DNA of 64,000 bases from a virus (IMGVR_UViG_3300032731_000125:6432-70431), one strand, 5' to 3'. Shown: positions 11,301 to 20,466, counted from the stretch's first letter. Notes: generated by a model not told the origin, from the sequence alone. Made by a program: numbers and translations.

Positions 11301-12095
11301 AGTAGCACCACGCCTGACAACCTGGGCCTCATCAAGCTTAAATAGTTTGCCTAAATATTTGGTTCCATAGAATTCACCAACGGCCTCAATGCCACCTGAC
11401 AGATATGGGGCTATACCCTGACCCTTGGCGCGAACATCAGCAGCTTCATCAGTACGACCTTGGGATTCTAGTTCGTCAGCACGTTCATTTGCAAAATCTT
11501 CCGTTTGCTGTGCTTGTGACAATCCGAACATTGCAGCTGGGGCAACTGACCCTATTGTTAATGCTAGTTTTGAAGCTTTGTTAACGTCCTTCCACAGTTC
11601 AGCAGCTTTTACAGCATCACCGGCTATCTCGGCAGCTTTTGCAGCTTTGGTGATTTTGCCTATTTTTAACAATGTTTTCGCACCTGTAAATGCTACACCA
11701 CCGGGGATAACGGATGGTGCCAACATCTTGCTGCCTTCATATACAATTCGATCTATACCTTGATAATCTTGAGACCCAAACCATTCATCAGCCTTTTCAT
11801 CAGCCCAGTCGGATATGTCTTTACCGGGATCGAAGCCCTGCTCTTTTAATATATCCGGAGTTATAAATGACAAAGCACCACCGGCTAACGATGGTAACTC
11901 GGTGGATAAGCCTTCAGCAACACCACGGCCCAATGCACCTATCGTGGATAGATCGGGGATGTAAGAACCTTGATCATCCGAAGGCTCAGGCTCACCACCA
12001 AAAAAGGTGTTCCAATCCTCAGTAGCAACAGGGCTTTCCGGGCTTTCAGATTGTTCAGCGCTAAAAAAATTAACCCAATATTGTGATTCTTCCAT
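5361..12095 (-). CDS. Large DNA-ejection/polyvalent protein (zincin HExxH, ART-PolyVal-like and LPD38-like domains)
   Basis: 2244 aa. Gly/Ala hydrophobic N-terminus, NHEFVH, FKKWFGKSKVVD..PLVVYHGT..WFT..PVYLSLKNP..GYDG..VFEP.Q.KS, and C-terminal RIPKPFEVG..NKSFFTGRPI. Positioned after the nozzle and smaller ejection genes. Confidence 0.85.
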   Translation of the reverse strand: MEESQYWVNFFSAEQSESPESPVATEDWNTFFGGEPEPSDDQGSYIPDLSTIGALGRGVAEGLSTELPSLAGGALSFITPDILKEQGFDPGKDISDWADEKADEWFGSQDYQGIDRIVYEGSKMLAPSVIPGGVAFTGAKTLLKIGKITKAAKAAEIAGDAVKAAELWKDVNKASKLALTIGSVAPAAMFGLSQAQQTEDFANERADELESQGRTDEAADVRAKGQGIAPYLSGGIEAVGEFYGTKYLGKLFKLDEAQVVRRGATQIVKDFLKTLGVEVGTEIGQAAGEAQVEKSFDIRPDADPWAEALDVIGPTAFMTLLTGGIGGAANMAISEEYAQPAEDAELTEEELADIEDIKAFGEEPVKPTPEAETTDIAPEAEGVEAEELVKPVEEVEDEAELQEVRKEAPTKPVEVAGVEKVAVAEVEDIVPEEGLTVDEKVLKVTPMETIKKRLRNAQKLLSPSAKRRFSSMTFDETGEALVSKDGLDRLKFYRKGETTIDGDVIQGTDGSVVVEVKFTKERKFKQATEAPIEPVVEPKPKPVPTIVKPEKVEPVAPVEVSEGKKAKAKEPVAPKKPVPEAKGRVEPWEMTKDEFASHTLALKSMLDEFRTVDAEHQRYVRSRDPGKTRIKNKLAGRMKELRKEIRTKYPWMVEDGVMKETIPKHEQIVQQAKPAAKVETKVEKGEKGDVELSTVEKVVGKTWDSKGGKRTIVKKAEGRPEGWLEISTEGQKHRNFIHVSDVESEITFDTKNFKSYQKALKESTETKAKEDKVKAEREDLDGFDSGMKAMGRGRAIKTLSANVKHKGRVISRRNLIRELVKEGRTINNKGQLIKADGSFLDARDLTKTGIDYAKYLISKKVELATTEPSKPSPRKIDLKTVKSLPIFQRGTVAQSDNGDITVNFPNNRGLIIKNVDTMENGDILVETAYGRPLKSGEKVTGSYTHVEKAIRIVKGVGDKHTVNHEFVHFLEKSGLLTKSEIAAIERQAVSYNKGKFSGEEGRVRWLTSELEKREKGRESIIGQIVQKIADIIDSFANLAGITARGVVRGVESGKTATRTIDQLKKMHKGKVEVDEDILSELNEFAQPTSLSTKSAIKNIFDNLNFKKWFGKSKVVDEKGKPLVVYHGTNAEIEIFSGNLIWFTPNPRVAGKYADRAAFRDGAFQEMEDEDGEFTYTDVDEVSESDMLAGAEGQNVLPVYLSLKNPVDLSEWGTTPSAEEFFEYLKEIGIAGKGEEFADWANDLSVDEPTIWKIIEDWNLEQDFKKAGYDGLIIDDVVTSGEGHVAYAVFEPIQVKSVFNRGTFSETDPRISFSTKERELSANARKYLEKNYPEKLAQYDKHFKPSDVDIAETKPSKPSKPVKQKGWKKRLFGVDKKGTITKAVEFIDDTRKNWRTRVFDRLHPVKDQLGNEAYMLHRLETGIEGVLATFMRHGILKWDGKAMTVDTNRKGFLEWFGSLKEDGDNLLYWIAAKRAEVLSTQPVSEERSKENWLLKAERDEIFEAVGEKPNNAESWDVLHEQFNEFNNGILDLAVESGLINQERRKQWEQHFYVPFYRVFEDPASREEYLRGPAQSKKNIDANIRRLMGSDKKLGDPLENVIRNWTHLIHESMRNVARSEAFDSAKRLNLDVIQEMEMKDLVNVLGTKTEERWAVKKEGGKRASKTFETKKEANDYAGVLTGTTGNKYDVSKTKIQQTMFGRLSDHNILTFQRDGDRVYFRVNDPELFNALSNVNNEAFDNALMKMFRLSKKALTFGATFGPAFRISNFARDTVHTALISKSFVPFFDSVKGFYSAMKEDQDFVKFAASGAAFGSSYVKADDAHILAQFIKRTTKREGKGVADRILDTPRKLLSFWEKVGSASENAARVTLYKTRIKEQKSHLEAAFESRDLLDFTMRGDAASIQFLAQVVPFMNARMQGGYKLGRAAWADPILFGVKGATLAMASLALWGFNKDREEWKALEDWDKWTYYHVWIGEDHYRIPKPFEVGAIFSTAFEATAETMSDNEEIGFMVDMLQHTFSETFALNPVPQLMRPVIEQWANKSFFTGRPIESTYLQGLSPGERADQWTSKTLQLAGKWGIPPKRAEALIEGYFSTVGTFILSGADMMAYHFGDFPEDPTKSIQDYPMLGRFIRETKIQRNTKYSSRFYAAMKEMDELIGTVNHYKKTRDFDKARKLRHDNIKKIRFKPTLNKYRIRLRDLNKKIRRVYSSKTMSPEDKRSKLNKYTVQRNALTKKAYEIILKSKK

Positions 12096-13607
12096 TTATT
12101 TACCTAATTGCTTAATGGATTCTTTTTGAGATTCAACAACCTTGGCCCATCCTTCGTCGATAATTCCCGCAAGCTTCATATAACCCTCAAAAACAATACC
12201 ACCGGCCTTTTTAGCATCTCCATACAAACTTTTCCAGTTTTCAGTTCCTACTCCGAAATACTTGCTTAAAAATTGATCCATTTCTTTGTTGGCCGCTTGG
12301 CGCTGTTCTTTTGTCGAGCCTCCGCCGATTATCATTGGGGTTGCGAAGTCTGGTTTTGGTGGAATCTTGTCACCTGTCTTGGCCTTTGCGGGAACATTTG
12401 CTTTGGCCGGACCTGCCTGTGTTGCCTTGCCTGTGTCTCCTTCAGGAGAAAAAGCCGTTGCCACCTTCGGCTTAGACTCACTTGCAAGCCACTTTTCGGT
12501 CAACACCTTAACCTCTTCAGGTTTCTTACCGGTAAAGTTTTGCTTTGCATAATCCATAAACTTTTTATAAGATTCAGGATTGGCGGTTTTTAACTTTAGA
12601 ACTTTCTGTTGTAAGACTTCAAGTCCAGCCTTAGCTCCGGCGGTATCTTTAGGAAGCAATTTCGCAATATTCTTATCATTCCATCCCTGTTCTTTAAGCT
12701 TTTTTAAAATATCATTGTAGGACGCTCCTTGCTGTCTGGCATTTTTTACAATCGATTTAACAGTTTTAATGTCAGGGCTCCCCGCAAAAATACCTTTTTC
12801 CATTTCGGGAATTTCTCCAAGTGCGTCAGACGCTCCTTGTTGGGCAAGCCTCTTCTTGATAACCTCCTTGGTTGCCTTGTCAATAGCCTCATACCCGGAT
12901 GCACCTTCGTTAACCATCTGTTCGGCAATTCTGATTGCACTTGCAAGTTCTCCCGCCGGAACTTTTCCTATCTTTGTTCCATCTTCATCAAGCGAAAGAA
13001 AAATAGATTCTAAAGATGTTTGCATAAGGTCGGGAATCGCCTTTTTTTCAGCCAACTTATCATCGAAAACCTTCATCCTGGTCTTATATTCGTCCTTGCC
13101 CCTTTTGGCTTTATCTGTAGCCCGGTCTTTTACATAAACATTAAAAGCCTTGTGGACAACGTTCCAGTGGTCTTTTTCTTCTTTGGTAAGATTGTCCTTA
13201 TCGCGATATAAAATCTTACCCCCGAACGCTTTCTCAAACACAGATGGTAGTTCAAGCTCTTGTGCTTTTTCAACCTCTGCATAAGGGTCGAGCGTATCGG
13301 GATCAAATCCCATCTTTCCAATAACAAAAGCGCTGTATTTTTCACGATTTTTAAAATCGCTCTCTCCCGGAGGATACATAACGCTGTTTGGGGGCCTTGG
13401 GGGAATCTTTGCTTGTGCTGTCCGTTTTCGTGAAGCGTAGGGATCTTTCGGAGGGGCCTCCCACATAGAAGGTCCACCACCATATTCTGGACCTATTTTA
13501 AGATTTTGGGTTCCCATTAGGCTAGGGTCGTCAGTAAAACTCCTTATTGGGCGTCCCTCTTTTATGCGGTCGGCTTCAGTTGATCCCGTAGTTAGATTTT
13601 TAGGCAT
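12096..13607 (-). CDS. Putative ejection (internal virion) protein
   Basis: 503-aa helical K/E/A-rich ORF directly upstream of the large ejection protein. Confidence 0.6.
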   Translation of the reverse strand: MPKNLTTGSTEADRIKEGRPIRSFTDDPSLMGTQNLKIGPEYGGGPSMWEAPPKDPYASRKRTAQAKIPPRPPNSVMYPPGESDFKNREKYSAFVIGKMGFDPDTLDPYAEVEKAQELELPSVFEKAFGGKILYRDKDNLTKEEKDHWNVVHKAFNVYVKDRATDKAKRGKDEYKTRMKVFDDKLAEKKAIPDLMQTSLESIFLSLDEDGTKIGKVPAGELASAIRIAEQMVNEGASGYEAIDKATKEVIKKRLAQQGASDALGEIPEMEKGIFAGSPDIKTVKSIVKNARQQGASYNDILKKLKEQGWNDKNIAKLLPKDTAGAKAGLEVLQQKVLKLKTANPESYKKFMDYAKQNFTGKKPEEVKVLTEKWLASESKPKVATAFSPEGDTGKATQAGPAKANVPAKAKTGDKIPPKPDFATPMIIGGGSTKEQRQAANKEMDQFLSKYFGVGTENWKSLYGDAKKAGGIVFEGYMKLAGIIDEGWAKVVESQKESIKQLGK

Positions 13608-13617
13608 AATCTTACTC

Positions 13618-14499
13618 CTAAACTGTTCGTAAAAATTCGTTATAGTCTGCCTGATACTGATTCATTAAATTTTGATTTTCTATCATTGCCTGCTGTTGAG
13701 ATTGCGCTACCTGTGACGCATAGTCTTGTTCAAACTCCCTTGCTTCAGCACCGTACTTGGTTGCCTCGGTCTGGTATTCTCTGCCGTATTTATCAGAATA
13801 TTCTCCGCGAGCAGTTCTTCTTGATCCTGCCATAACACCTTCAAGCCCTGTACCATATCCCGCAATGGCATCTTTGAGCAATACCCGTGACTGAGGATTG
13901 GTCGGAAGTCGAGCTGCCACCCTCTGGTATGCTTCCCTGAGAGTTCTTATTGGCGCTGCGGAATGTTCCCGTGATAGTCTGTTTATTTCAGACTTGTCCC
14001 ATTCAGGAGCTTCAAATATAGGGGCGGTTCCCCTTTCTGGTAATGTGTAGGGGGAAAGCGTGGGAACTGTAGGAGCTTTCGGTTTTTCTGGAGGCATACC
14101 CCCACCAGGACCCATTGCGTACCCCGAAGTAAGATTAAGCCTTGCCGTGTCGGCCGCAAGATCCTGTCTCCACGTAGAGGCCGGAAGCGGTTCAGCGCCA
14201 TATGGCCCGGTGTTTGCAGGAGCGGATACAGCATGAACACCGCCTGTATATCCAGGCGCAGCCTTTAGGGAGGCAGTATAGTCGTCCATAGTCCCAAGCA
14301 GCCCGCTCATGGTCGGGTCATAAGAAGGAGTGGACACGGATGGCTCAAACGAACCACCGTAAGTAGACGTGTCAACCTTTGCGCTTTCTCCGCTAACAGA
14401 TGAATATGTCGGAGGAGGCTCGGGAATAGGAAAGTCCTTTATATTTTCCTCTTCTTCGGTGTTAAACCCATATACTACCATTTCATACTCCTTATTCAA
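13618..14499 (-). CDS. Putative ejection (internal virion) protein
   Basis: Pro/Gly-rich N-half and Gln/Ala helical C-half, in the podovirus ejection-gene position. Confidence 0.55.
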   Translation of the reverse strand: MNKEYEMVVYGFNTEEEENIKDFPIPEPPPTYSSVSGESAKVDTSTYGGSFEPSVSTPSYDPTMSGLLGTMDDYTASLKAAPGYTGGVHAVSAPANTGPYGAEPLPASTWRQDLAADTARLNLTSGYAMGPGGGMPPEKPKAPTVPTLSPYTLPERGTAPIFEAPEWDKSEINRLSREHSAAPIRTLREAYQRVAARLPTNPQSRVLLKDAIAGYGTGLEGVMAGSRRTARGEYSDKYGREYQTEATKYGAEAREFEQDYASQVAQSQQQAMIENQNLMNQYQADYNEFLRTV

Positions 14500-14812
14500 A
14501 TATTTGGTGCATACAATCTCGATTAATACATGTGTAGACTATTTTGCTGTCATCCCCGGTTACTGTTCTTGGACTTATATTGACATACTCTAAAGCCATA
14601 GGAGCTTCACACTCTGGACAAAGCCTGCCTACCGGCTTGTTGCTTGATATAGCAGACGCTTTTAGGTCTCGGTACTTGGTTAATTCCTCTCTGCTTATAT
14701 CATTTTTATCCATTAATGAGAAAAGCGTAAAGAAATCTTGAATCATACCAAAGTCAAAGGTAACAAAAGTTTTGTCTATAAAGTTATATCGCTTTTCATC
14801 CATTATGCACAC
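14492..14812 (-). CDS. Small Zn-ribbon protein
   Basis: CPEC...CINRDC; overlaps both neighbours. Confidence 0.55.
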   Translation of the reverse strand: MCIMDEKRYNFIDKTFVTFDFGMIQDFFTLFSLMDKNDISREELTKYRDLKASAISSNKPVGRLCPECEAPMALEYVNISPRTVTGDDSKIVYTCINRDCMHQIFE

Positions 14813-16035
14813 TCAAAATACTGTTCACTACAATCAATTCCTATCAACCGTGTTCCTCCCACCTGAGTATTACTAAAACAGATAGACGCAAGCCTGCCCT
14901 CTTTGTCGTAAGCCTCACCACCATCAAGGCTAATCGTAACTCCATCTGGAGCCGTTGCTGTTATTTCTTCCCGGTTAAACCCATTAGAACTATCACAACC
15001 CTCTGGAATATTTATTCGTATCATTGTTTGATCTCCCCAGCAAATAACTCTATGTCCGGGATCAGTATAATAATAGCTTGTGGTACCACAAGCTCCCTGT
15101 TTGCCACAATCAGACGTTGTGAAATCATGAGCATTAAAAGTAGTCCACACTCCAACCGTGCAACGAATATACCCAGTTACTACATTGCTCGCACAATCGG
15201 TTACGGTTATCGTTGCTGCTCCACAAGCCGAAGCATTTGTGTAAAGTGTTGTTGAGGCGCCTGTCGTTATGGTTGTCAAAGAAAGTCCAGCATCAAAGAA
15301 AAAGCCTGTGCCTGATACTGACCATTCAAGCTCGGTTCCTGATCCTGTTACATACACGATGGTATTGGCGCTCTGTCCTATCGTGGCAGCACTATTAACA
15401 TAATCCCACGCTGTTACGGTTCCGCTGCAACACTCTGAAGCCCTGCACTCGCTGACTGAAATGTTGCCATGAGTTCCATAGACCACATCGAACTTTCTTT
15501 GCCACAACCCACCGCCCTTTGGTATATTAGCCCTCATGGTAATATTAATGCTCGGAGAACCACTTGCATCCGCGGGAGCTGTTATGCATATCCGATTCTT
15601 TGTCCATGTTAAACTCCACTCTGGATATGAAAAATAAGCGAATTCAACCTTAACAATTTCATAGGTACAGTTGGCTGTAGCACACTTTTGCTCACCCTCA
15701 CACCAGCAAAGATCAGGCGAACAATAAAACGTTAGATGCCACGGATTGTATATTTCTCCAAAGTCAGGCACAGGCAACCCCATCCCCGGATAATCATTAC
15801 CTGGGGGCGGGATTCTTGGCGCAGGGTATTCCATTCCGCTATAATCTTCTCCAACCTCTTCGACATCTCCATACGGTTTTGCAAATTCAGACTCCCTTAT
15901 CACCACAGCATCATGCGCCGCCTTAAACGTGGCTGTACGCATAACGTCAGAATATTCCTTATCGCAAGCACGATACGGCTGAATCCCGTAGTCTCTAAGT
16001 GTTGGTTTTTTTCCTACGTTTGTTTTTCTTGACAT
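14803..16035 (-). CDS. Cys-rich tail-tip/needle-position protein
   Basis: 410 aa with about 20 Cys and Thr-rich beta segments, between nozzle and ejection genes. Confidence 0.55.
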   Translation of the reverse strand: MSRKTNVGKKPTLRDYGIQPYRACDKEYSDVMRTATFKAAHDAVVIRESEFAKPYGDVEEVGEDYSGMEYPAPRIPPPGNDYPGMGLPVPDFGEIYNPWHLTFYCSPDLCWCEGEQKCATANCTYEIVKVEFAYFSYPEWSLTWTKNRICITAPADASGSPSINITMRANIPKGGGLWQRKFDVVYGTHGNISVSECRASECCSGTVTAWDYVNSAATIGQSANTIVYVTGSGTELEWSVSGTGFFFDAGLSLTTITTGASTTLYTNASACGAATITVTDCASNVVTGYIRCTVGVWTTFNAHDFTTSDCGKQGACGTTSYYYTDPGHRVICWGDQTMIRINIPEGCDSSNGFNREEITATAPDGVTISLDGGEAYDKEGRLASICFSNTQVGGTRLIGIDCSEQYFECA

Positions 16036-16177
16036 AATCTGCCGCGCTAACCTTCGGCTTTACCCAAAATCCTTCCGTGTTCATTGGCGGATCACTGGGA
16101 ACTATTTCGCCGGTTGCTTCGTCTCTGTACGGTTTTGTCTTGATGATCTTGCCTGTCCACCTTCTATCTGCCTTCAT
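15995..16177 (-). CDS. Small basic hypothetical protein
   Basis: 60-aa ORF filling the gap between nozzle and next gene. Confidence 0.4.
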   Translation of the reverse strand: MKADRRWTGKIIKTKPYRDEATGEIVPSDPPMNTEGFWVKPKVSAADYVKKNKRRKKTNT

Positions 16178-18644
16178 AAATCCCCGTCTTCAAACCCATG
16201 TCAAGCAATTCCATGGTTTTGCTCGCAGCATTATTTTGTAGTTTAATAGATATGTTTTGGTCACAAATATTTACCGGAAATCTATGCCTTCGTATAGTTT
16301 GGGTTGCAATCTCCGGCGACATAGAAAGTGTTTTGGTTCCGTCTGCAATAGTGTTTTTTGTAAATGTTACGGTGATGTTTCCCGCTGACGTGGCTACCGC
16401 CTTGGCCCTAAGCATTACTTCTGTTAATTGGATGTGTTCACCACCGTCATTGAGCTCCATTGTGAGATAACCGTCAATCGCGGTGGTCACGTCGTTTTTG
16501 CCCACATTTAACTGGTACACAAACCCGTCATCAACCCCGCCCCCAACCTGAATTACAGCAGGATCATAAGACACCGAATCAATAGTGAACGCCGCGTCCG
16601 ACTCTATTTCAGTCATGCAAGACAATTCTTGTTCTGGATTATCAAAGCTCCACGTCTTGTCTACCAGGTCAAATACCGGAAAGATATTTGGCACGGTTGC
16701 CGAAGACCCTGAAACTAATCCAATGCGCAGAATGTTTTTAGATGAATCATGCTCAAGCCACATTTCGTTCTCATACCCACGGCGAATGCATTCTGTCTTA
16801 GATGGGTCAAAATAGTTCTGAATATCATCTGATATTACAGAAACCGTCTTCCCGTCCGTTGCGCACACACCGTACCGCGATAAGCAAAACGCCAATGTCT
16901 TAATACGTTCTTCGGTCGCGGTTGAAGTTAAAACACCATCTACAACTGCAACGCTCTTTGCGTTCATGGTGCCAACTTTTGATGATAACAATAACGACCC
17001 GTAATTACTTGGATCATATCCCTGGAACAATGTTATACATCCACCCTCGACACCCTTTTCTTCCTGCCACACCATTAGTTCGTTGTGGAATCTGCGCATG
17101 GCTACGACCTTATTTGAACGTCCGTCTCCGGCAATAAGAACCCCAAAGTCATCCCCGTTTAGTGCAAGCGGGAGATAGGACGCTGATACATAAATGTATT
17201 CCCCAAACAATGTAAAAGAGTAGCATCCCCTGTGCTTCCATGCACAATTTGACACGCCTTTCCCGATCTCCTCAATGTCAAAATATGGCATGGTGTAAAA
17301 ACCAACATTCATATCTGCAGGCATAGTTTGGGCAGGAGAGGTAAGCTCATACCAATACCCGTAAATCTTATTAGTTCCAAACTGTGTGGGCTGAACCGCT
17401 GATTGTCTTGGGAAAGTTATCCACCCAGAGTTTCCAAGCCCGTTTGTCCCATCTGTTATAGTCCCTACGGTTGTAAAAGCAGCTCCGTTCCAATACTTAA
17501 CGGATGTCATGTCCGTTCCGTTTGTATCGATAATCTCTCCAACGTCTATATAGATTCCTTGGAGTGGTTCCGCAGATAAGACATATATTAATTTTGCTGA
17601 TGCTAATGCGTCTAAACTAACTGATGTGGCACCATATGTTTCGTAGTATCCGGCAGTTGTCCCTACCTGAACCTCGATTCCGGCAGGTACAGCTCCGTCC
17701 CAAACATTGCGTAAGTCCTGGAAGGGAGAGCCGTATGTTATTTTTGTAGCAGTTACCGTTGAATCTACTGTTACGGTAACTCTTAGTTGATACCAAAACC
17801 CTGATTTACCATACATGAAATGCGGAACTTCATCGGTCGGCTGGGTTGTCCACGCCATTGCTCCTGTTTGTTTTAAGGTATCTCCGGCAACGTCTGTTCC
17901 ATCTGCCCACCCATGAGTCCCTGAGGTTAGCTCCGTCCACGCACCATCACTCTTTTTATAGTATAGGCTCGACACTGAAGCGGTATCGTTTAGTAAAGCC
18001 ATTGTAAATGTCAGTTTGTTTGCAGGAATTGGGGTGCATATAAATAAACAATGGTATGCGGCGTATGGCTCCATTGAGCCCAAGTCAACAGAGGTTGTGG
18101 TAAGCCCGTCGGTCGCCTGTATCGAATAGTCTATTCCTACTGTTGGAACATTAGCCGGTGCCGCAGTCACCCCATCAAACTTAACAACCTTGGAGACATA
18201 GTTTGTATCACCCGCTGAAACTTGATGTTGGTCAACACCGTTTGAATACAACAAAACATCATCAAGATTAGACCAGGACGCCGGTTTCATTCCAGCAGCC
18301 TTAGTAGTCCCATCGTGAGCTTCAACCGTTCCAAACACAGCAGATGTAGCTACAGCCGGAGGAGCATTTGTTGATTCCAAGACATCGCCATCAGAAAATT
18401 GCGAATAGAAATGCTTTTCGTCAATCCGCGACTTTCTAAATTGGTACAATGTCATTGCCTGGTTGGTGCTATCTGCCGTATCGTGCAACACGTGCTGTCC
18501 GAGACGCTGTTCAAATCCGGGATGATTGGCGCGTAGATCCTGTATCATACTGAAAGACCCAAACGGCAGAAGTGCCTTGTCTACTACAGTATTGCACCCA
18601 CCTCTTAGCGGTATCCCTTTAATTGTTGTGAATGGCTTCAGCAC
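16164..18644 (-). CDS. Tail nozzle / tubular protein B (P22 gp10-like)
   Basis: 826 aa, N-terminal GGCN....L..GSFS..QDL...GFEQRLG pattern, beta-propeller-like composition, follows the adaptor. Confidence 0.75.
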   Translation of the reverse strand: MLKPFTTIKGIPLRGGCNTVVDKALLPFGSFSMIQDLRANHPGFEQRLGQHVLHDTADSTNQAMTLYQFRKSRIDEKHFYSQFSDGDVLESTNAPPAVATSAVFGTVEAHDGTTKAAGMKPASWSNLDDVLLYSNGVDQHQVSAGDTNYVSKVVKFDGVTAAPANVPTVGIDYSIQATDGLTTTSVDLGSMEPYAAYHCLFICTPIPANKLTFTMALLNDTASVSSLYYKKSDGAWTELTSGTHGWADGTDVAGDTLKQTGAMAWTTQPTDEVPHFMYGKSGFWYQLRVTVTVDSTVTATKITYGSPFQDLRNVWDGAVPAGIEVQVGTTAGYYETYGATSVSLDALASAKLIYVLSAEPLQGIYIDVGEIIDTNGTDMTSVKYWNGAAFTTVGTITDGTNGLGNSGWITFPRQSAVQPTQFGTNKIYGYWYELTSPAQTMPADMNVGFYTMPYFDIEEIGKGVSNCAWKHRGCYSFTLFGEYIYVSASYLPLALNGDDFGVLIAGDGRSNKVVAMRRFHNELMVWQEEKGVEGGCITLFQGYDPSNYGSLLLSSKVGTMNAKSVAVVDGVLTSTATEERIKTLAFCLSRYGVCATDGKTVSVISDDIQNYFDPSKTECIRRGYENEMWLEHDSSKNILRIGLVSGSSATVPNIFPVFDLVDKTWSFDNPEQELSCMTEIESDAAFTIDSVSYDPAVIQVGGGVDDGFVYQLNVGKNDVTTAIDGYLTMELNDGGEHIQLTEVMLRAKAVATSAGNITVTFTKNTIADGTKTLSMSPEIATQTIRRHRFPVNICDQNISIKLQNNAASKTMELLDMGLKTGIYEGR

Positions 18645-18755
18645 TTACTTCTTACCCTTTTTCTTCTTTTTGGGTTTATTGGCTTCTCGGATTATCTTGT
18701 GCATATCTCCGAATAGTTGTTTCTTGCCTGTCATTTCGTCTTTGCTGCGTGGCAT
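18645..18755 (-). CDS. Small Lys-rich protein (36 aa)
   Basis: Manual translation MPRSKDEMTGKKQLFGDMHKIIREANKPKKKKKGKK*, with AGGAG SD. Confidence 0.5.
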   Translation of the reverse strand: MPRSKDEMTGKKQLFGDMHKIIREANKPKKKKKGKK

Positions 18756-18767
18756 GGTTATCTCCTA

Positions 18768-19646
18768 TTATATTGATACTATAAGCCCATCATTATACCA
18801 TCCGATAGGTTCATAATCACAAAACATATCTTCAACGGAACCATCGATGTCCGAACCTGCGTATGAACGTAGGGATTCCAGCATATCTGCGTTCCACAAT
18901 TCCAACGATCCCTTGGTGGGTTTTTCTTGGATAACCGGAGATTCTTCTTTAACTATATGGACGGCCTTGGGAGCTATCAGGTGGTGGAACATCTCGGGTA
19001 TATCAGACACAATACCGTAATAGGTGGAAGCAACACCTGCATTTGTGATAGTTGCAACCCTGGCCGCTGTGTAATCTGTTATGGTGTCGATAAAGGTGGT
19101 GCCAGTTGTGACTTCGATTTCCATGCCGTTGTAATAATCAGCAATGGCTTTAGCAGAAGTTGCGAGGGTTATAGATGTAGCTGCACCGGCTGAGGCTAAA
19201 CCTTGGTCTAAATCACGCGCCTTACGGTAGTATTCGAGGGTGTAGACATCCGAAACGCCGTCTTTGTCAAGTACCAGTGTATTTCCTTTTCGGTAATAAG
19301 CACGGTCGGAACCTGTTTCACCGGAAATCTTGCGGCCTTCATGGTCAATGCGGTAGACACGCTTTTTATTGTCGTCTTTGAAGTAGCGCAATTTGCCGAA
19401 GTCCCACGGTAGGGTGTAGACAGAACTTGAACCGGTTATGGCAGATGACTCAAAGAACTCGTCCGGTATGCGCCTGAGAAGGATGTTGTAGATATAACGT
19501 TGCGCCCGGTTGATACAATTGACCAACCAGGCGTTTTTATGAGGACAAGTGGTGTCAGTGGCTTGCAGAAATGCTGTCGAATGTTCGTTAATGCCATATC
19601 TGACATCGCTTAGTATGTTGTAACAGTTACCATCATAAGTTGTCAT
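18768..19646 (-). CDS. Head-tail adaptor / tubular protein A
   Basis: INRAQRYI...YTLPWDFG...IPEMFHHLI pattern typical of podoviral adaptors; position. Confidence 0.75.
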   Translation of the reverse strand: MTTYDGNCYNILSDVRYGINEHSTAFLQATDTTCPHKNAWLVNCINRAQRYIYNILLRRIPDEFFESSAITGSSSVYTLPWDFGKLRYFKDDNKKRVYRIDHEGRKISGETGSDRAYYRKGNTLVLDKDGVSDVYTLEYYRKARDLDQGLASAGAATSITLATSAKAIADYYNGMEIEVTTGTTFIDTITDYTAARVATITNAGVASTYYGIVSDIPEMFHHLIAPKAVHIVKEESPVIQEKPTKGSLELWNADMLESLRSYAGSDIDGSVEDMFCDYEPIGWYNDGLIVSI

Positions 19647-19655
19647 TGTTACCCT

Positions 19656-20381
19656 TTAAAAAGGGAACGGTTCTTTTTTCTTGTCAGTCTCTCCGTCTTC
19701 AAAGAAACGTGCCCATTTTGCCCGAAGGTCTTGTTGGATTGGAATCGATAATTCCTGAAACGCCACAGCACCAAGGTTCCATATAAACGGTCCAAACTCA
19801 GTCGGCTTCATTCGTATGTACTTTTCCCTGAACTGTTCGAGTTCATGTTCTTGCGTTTCCTCGTCGTTCATCAGCATGCCCTTGTCACGAAGAAGGTTGA
19901 ACATGCCCTCCATCTTTTTACCCTGGTCCAAGAGTTGCTTCATTAATTCTGCATTTGTTTCTTTTAACCCTGATATTTCTTCGTTCTTGACATCTTGCAC
20001 TGCATATGGCTGTATAAGCCCTGTGCCGAGTTCCTTGGCGTATTCCTCGATGTGATCAGGAGGATTGATATAACCTAACTGTTGAGCTTTTCGGGCCTCG
20101 TTTTCCTGGTTGTATCTGATGACTTGTTTGCGTTTAAAGCTAAGGTTGCGATTTCTTCCGTCTTCAGCCTTTCGTTTCTCGTTCTTGCCGTCATCAAGCT
20201 CATCACCGTATTCCAGAGAGGTTAAGCCGCGCGGCCCCAAGACATTCAGTAAATGTTTAGCTTTGGCATCGTCAACCGTAACCTTATGTCCTCTTTCCGG
20301 ATACTTTGGAATAGTGAAATTCTTGCCGCCCTTACAGCCTGTTAGGTCTTCGTTCGTCGGGTTAAATAGAGTAATAGCCAT
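19656..20381 (-). CDS. Hypothetical head-region protein
   Basis: 241-aa ORF with AAGGAG SD. Confidence 0.6.
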   Translation of the reverse strand: MAITLFNPTNEDLTGCKGGKNFTIPKYPERGHKVTVDDAKAKHLLNVLGPRGLTSLEYGDELDDGKNEKRKAEDGRNRNLSFKRKQVIRYNQENEARKAQQLGYINPPDHIEEYAKELGTGLIQPYAVQDVKNEEISGLKETNAELMKQLLDQGKKMEGMFNLLRDKGMLMNDEETQEHELEQFREKYIRMKPTEFGPFIWNLGAVAFQELSIPIQQDLRAKWARFFEDGETDKKKEPFPF

Positions 20382-20466
20382 TGTTAATCTCCTTTGGTGT
20401 GTTTAAACAAAGTAATTGCTAATTAACATTGCGGTTGTTACCTTGCATAAATACTGTTAATGAAAG

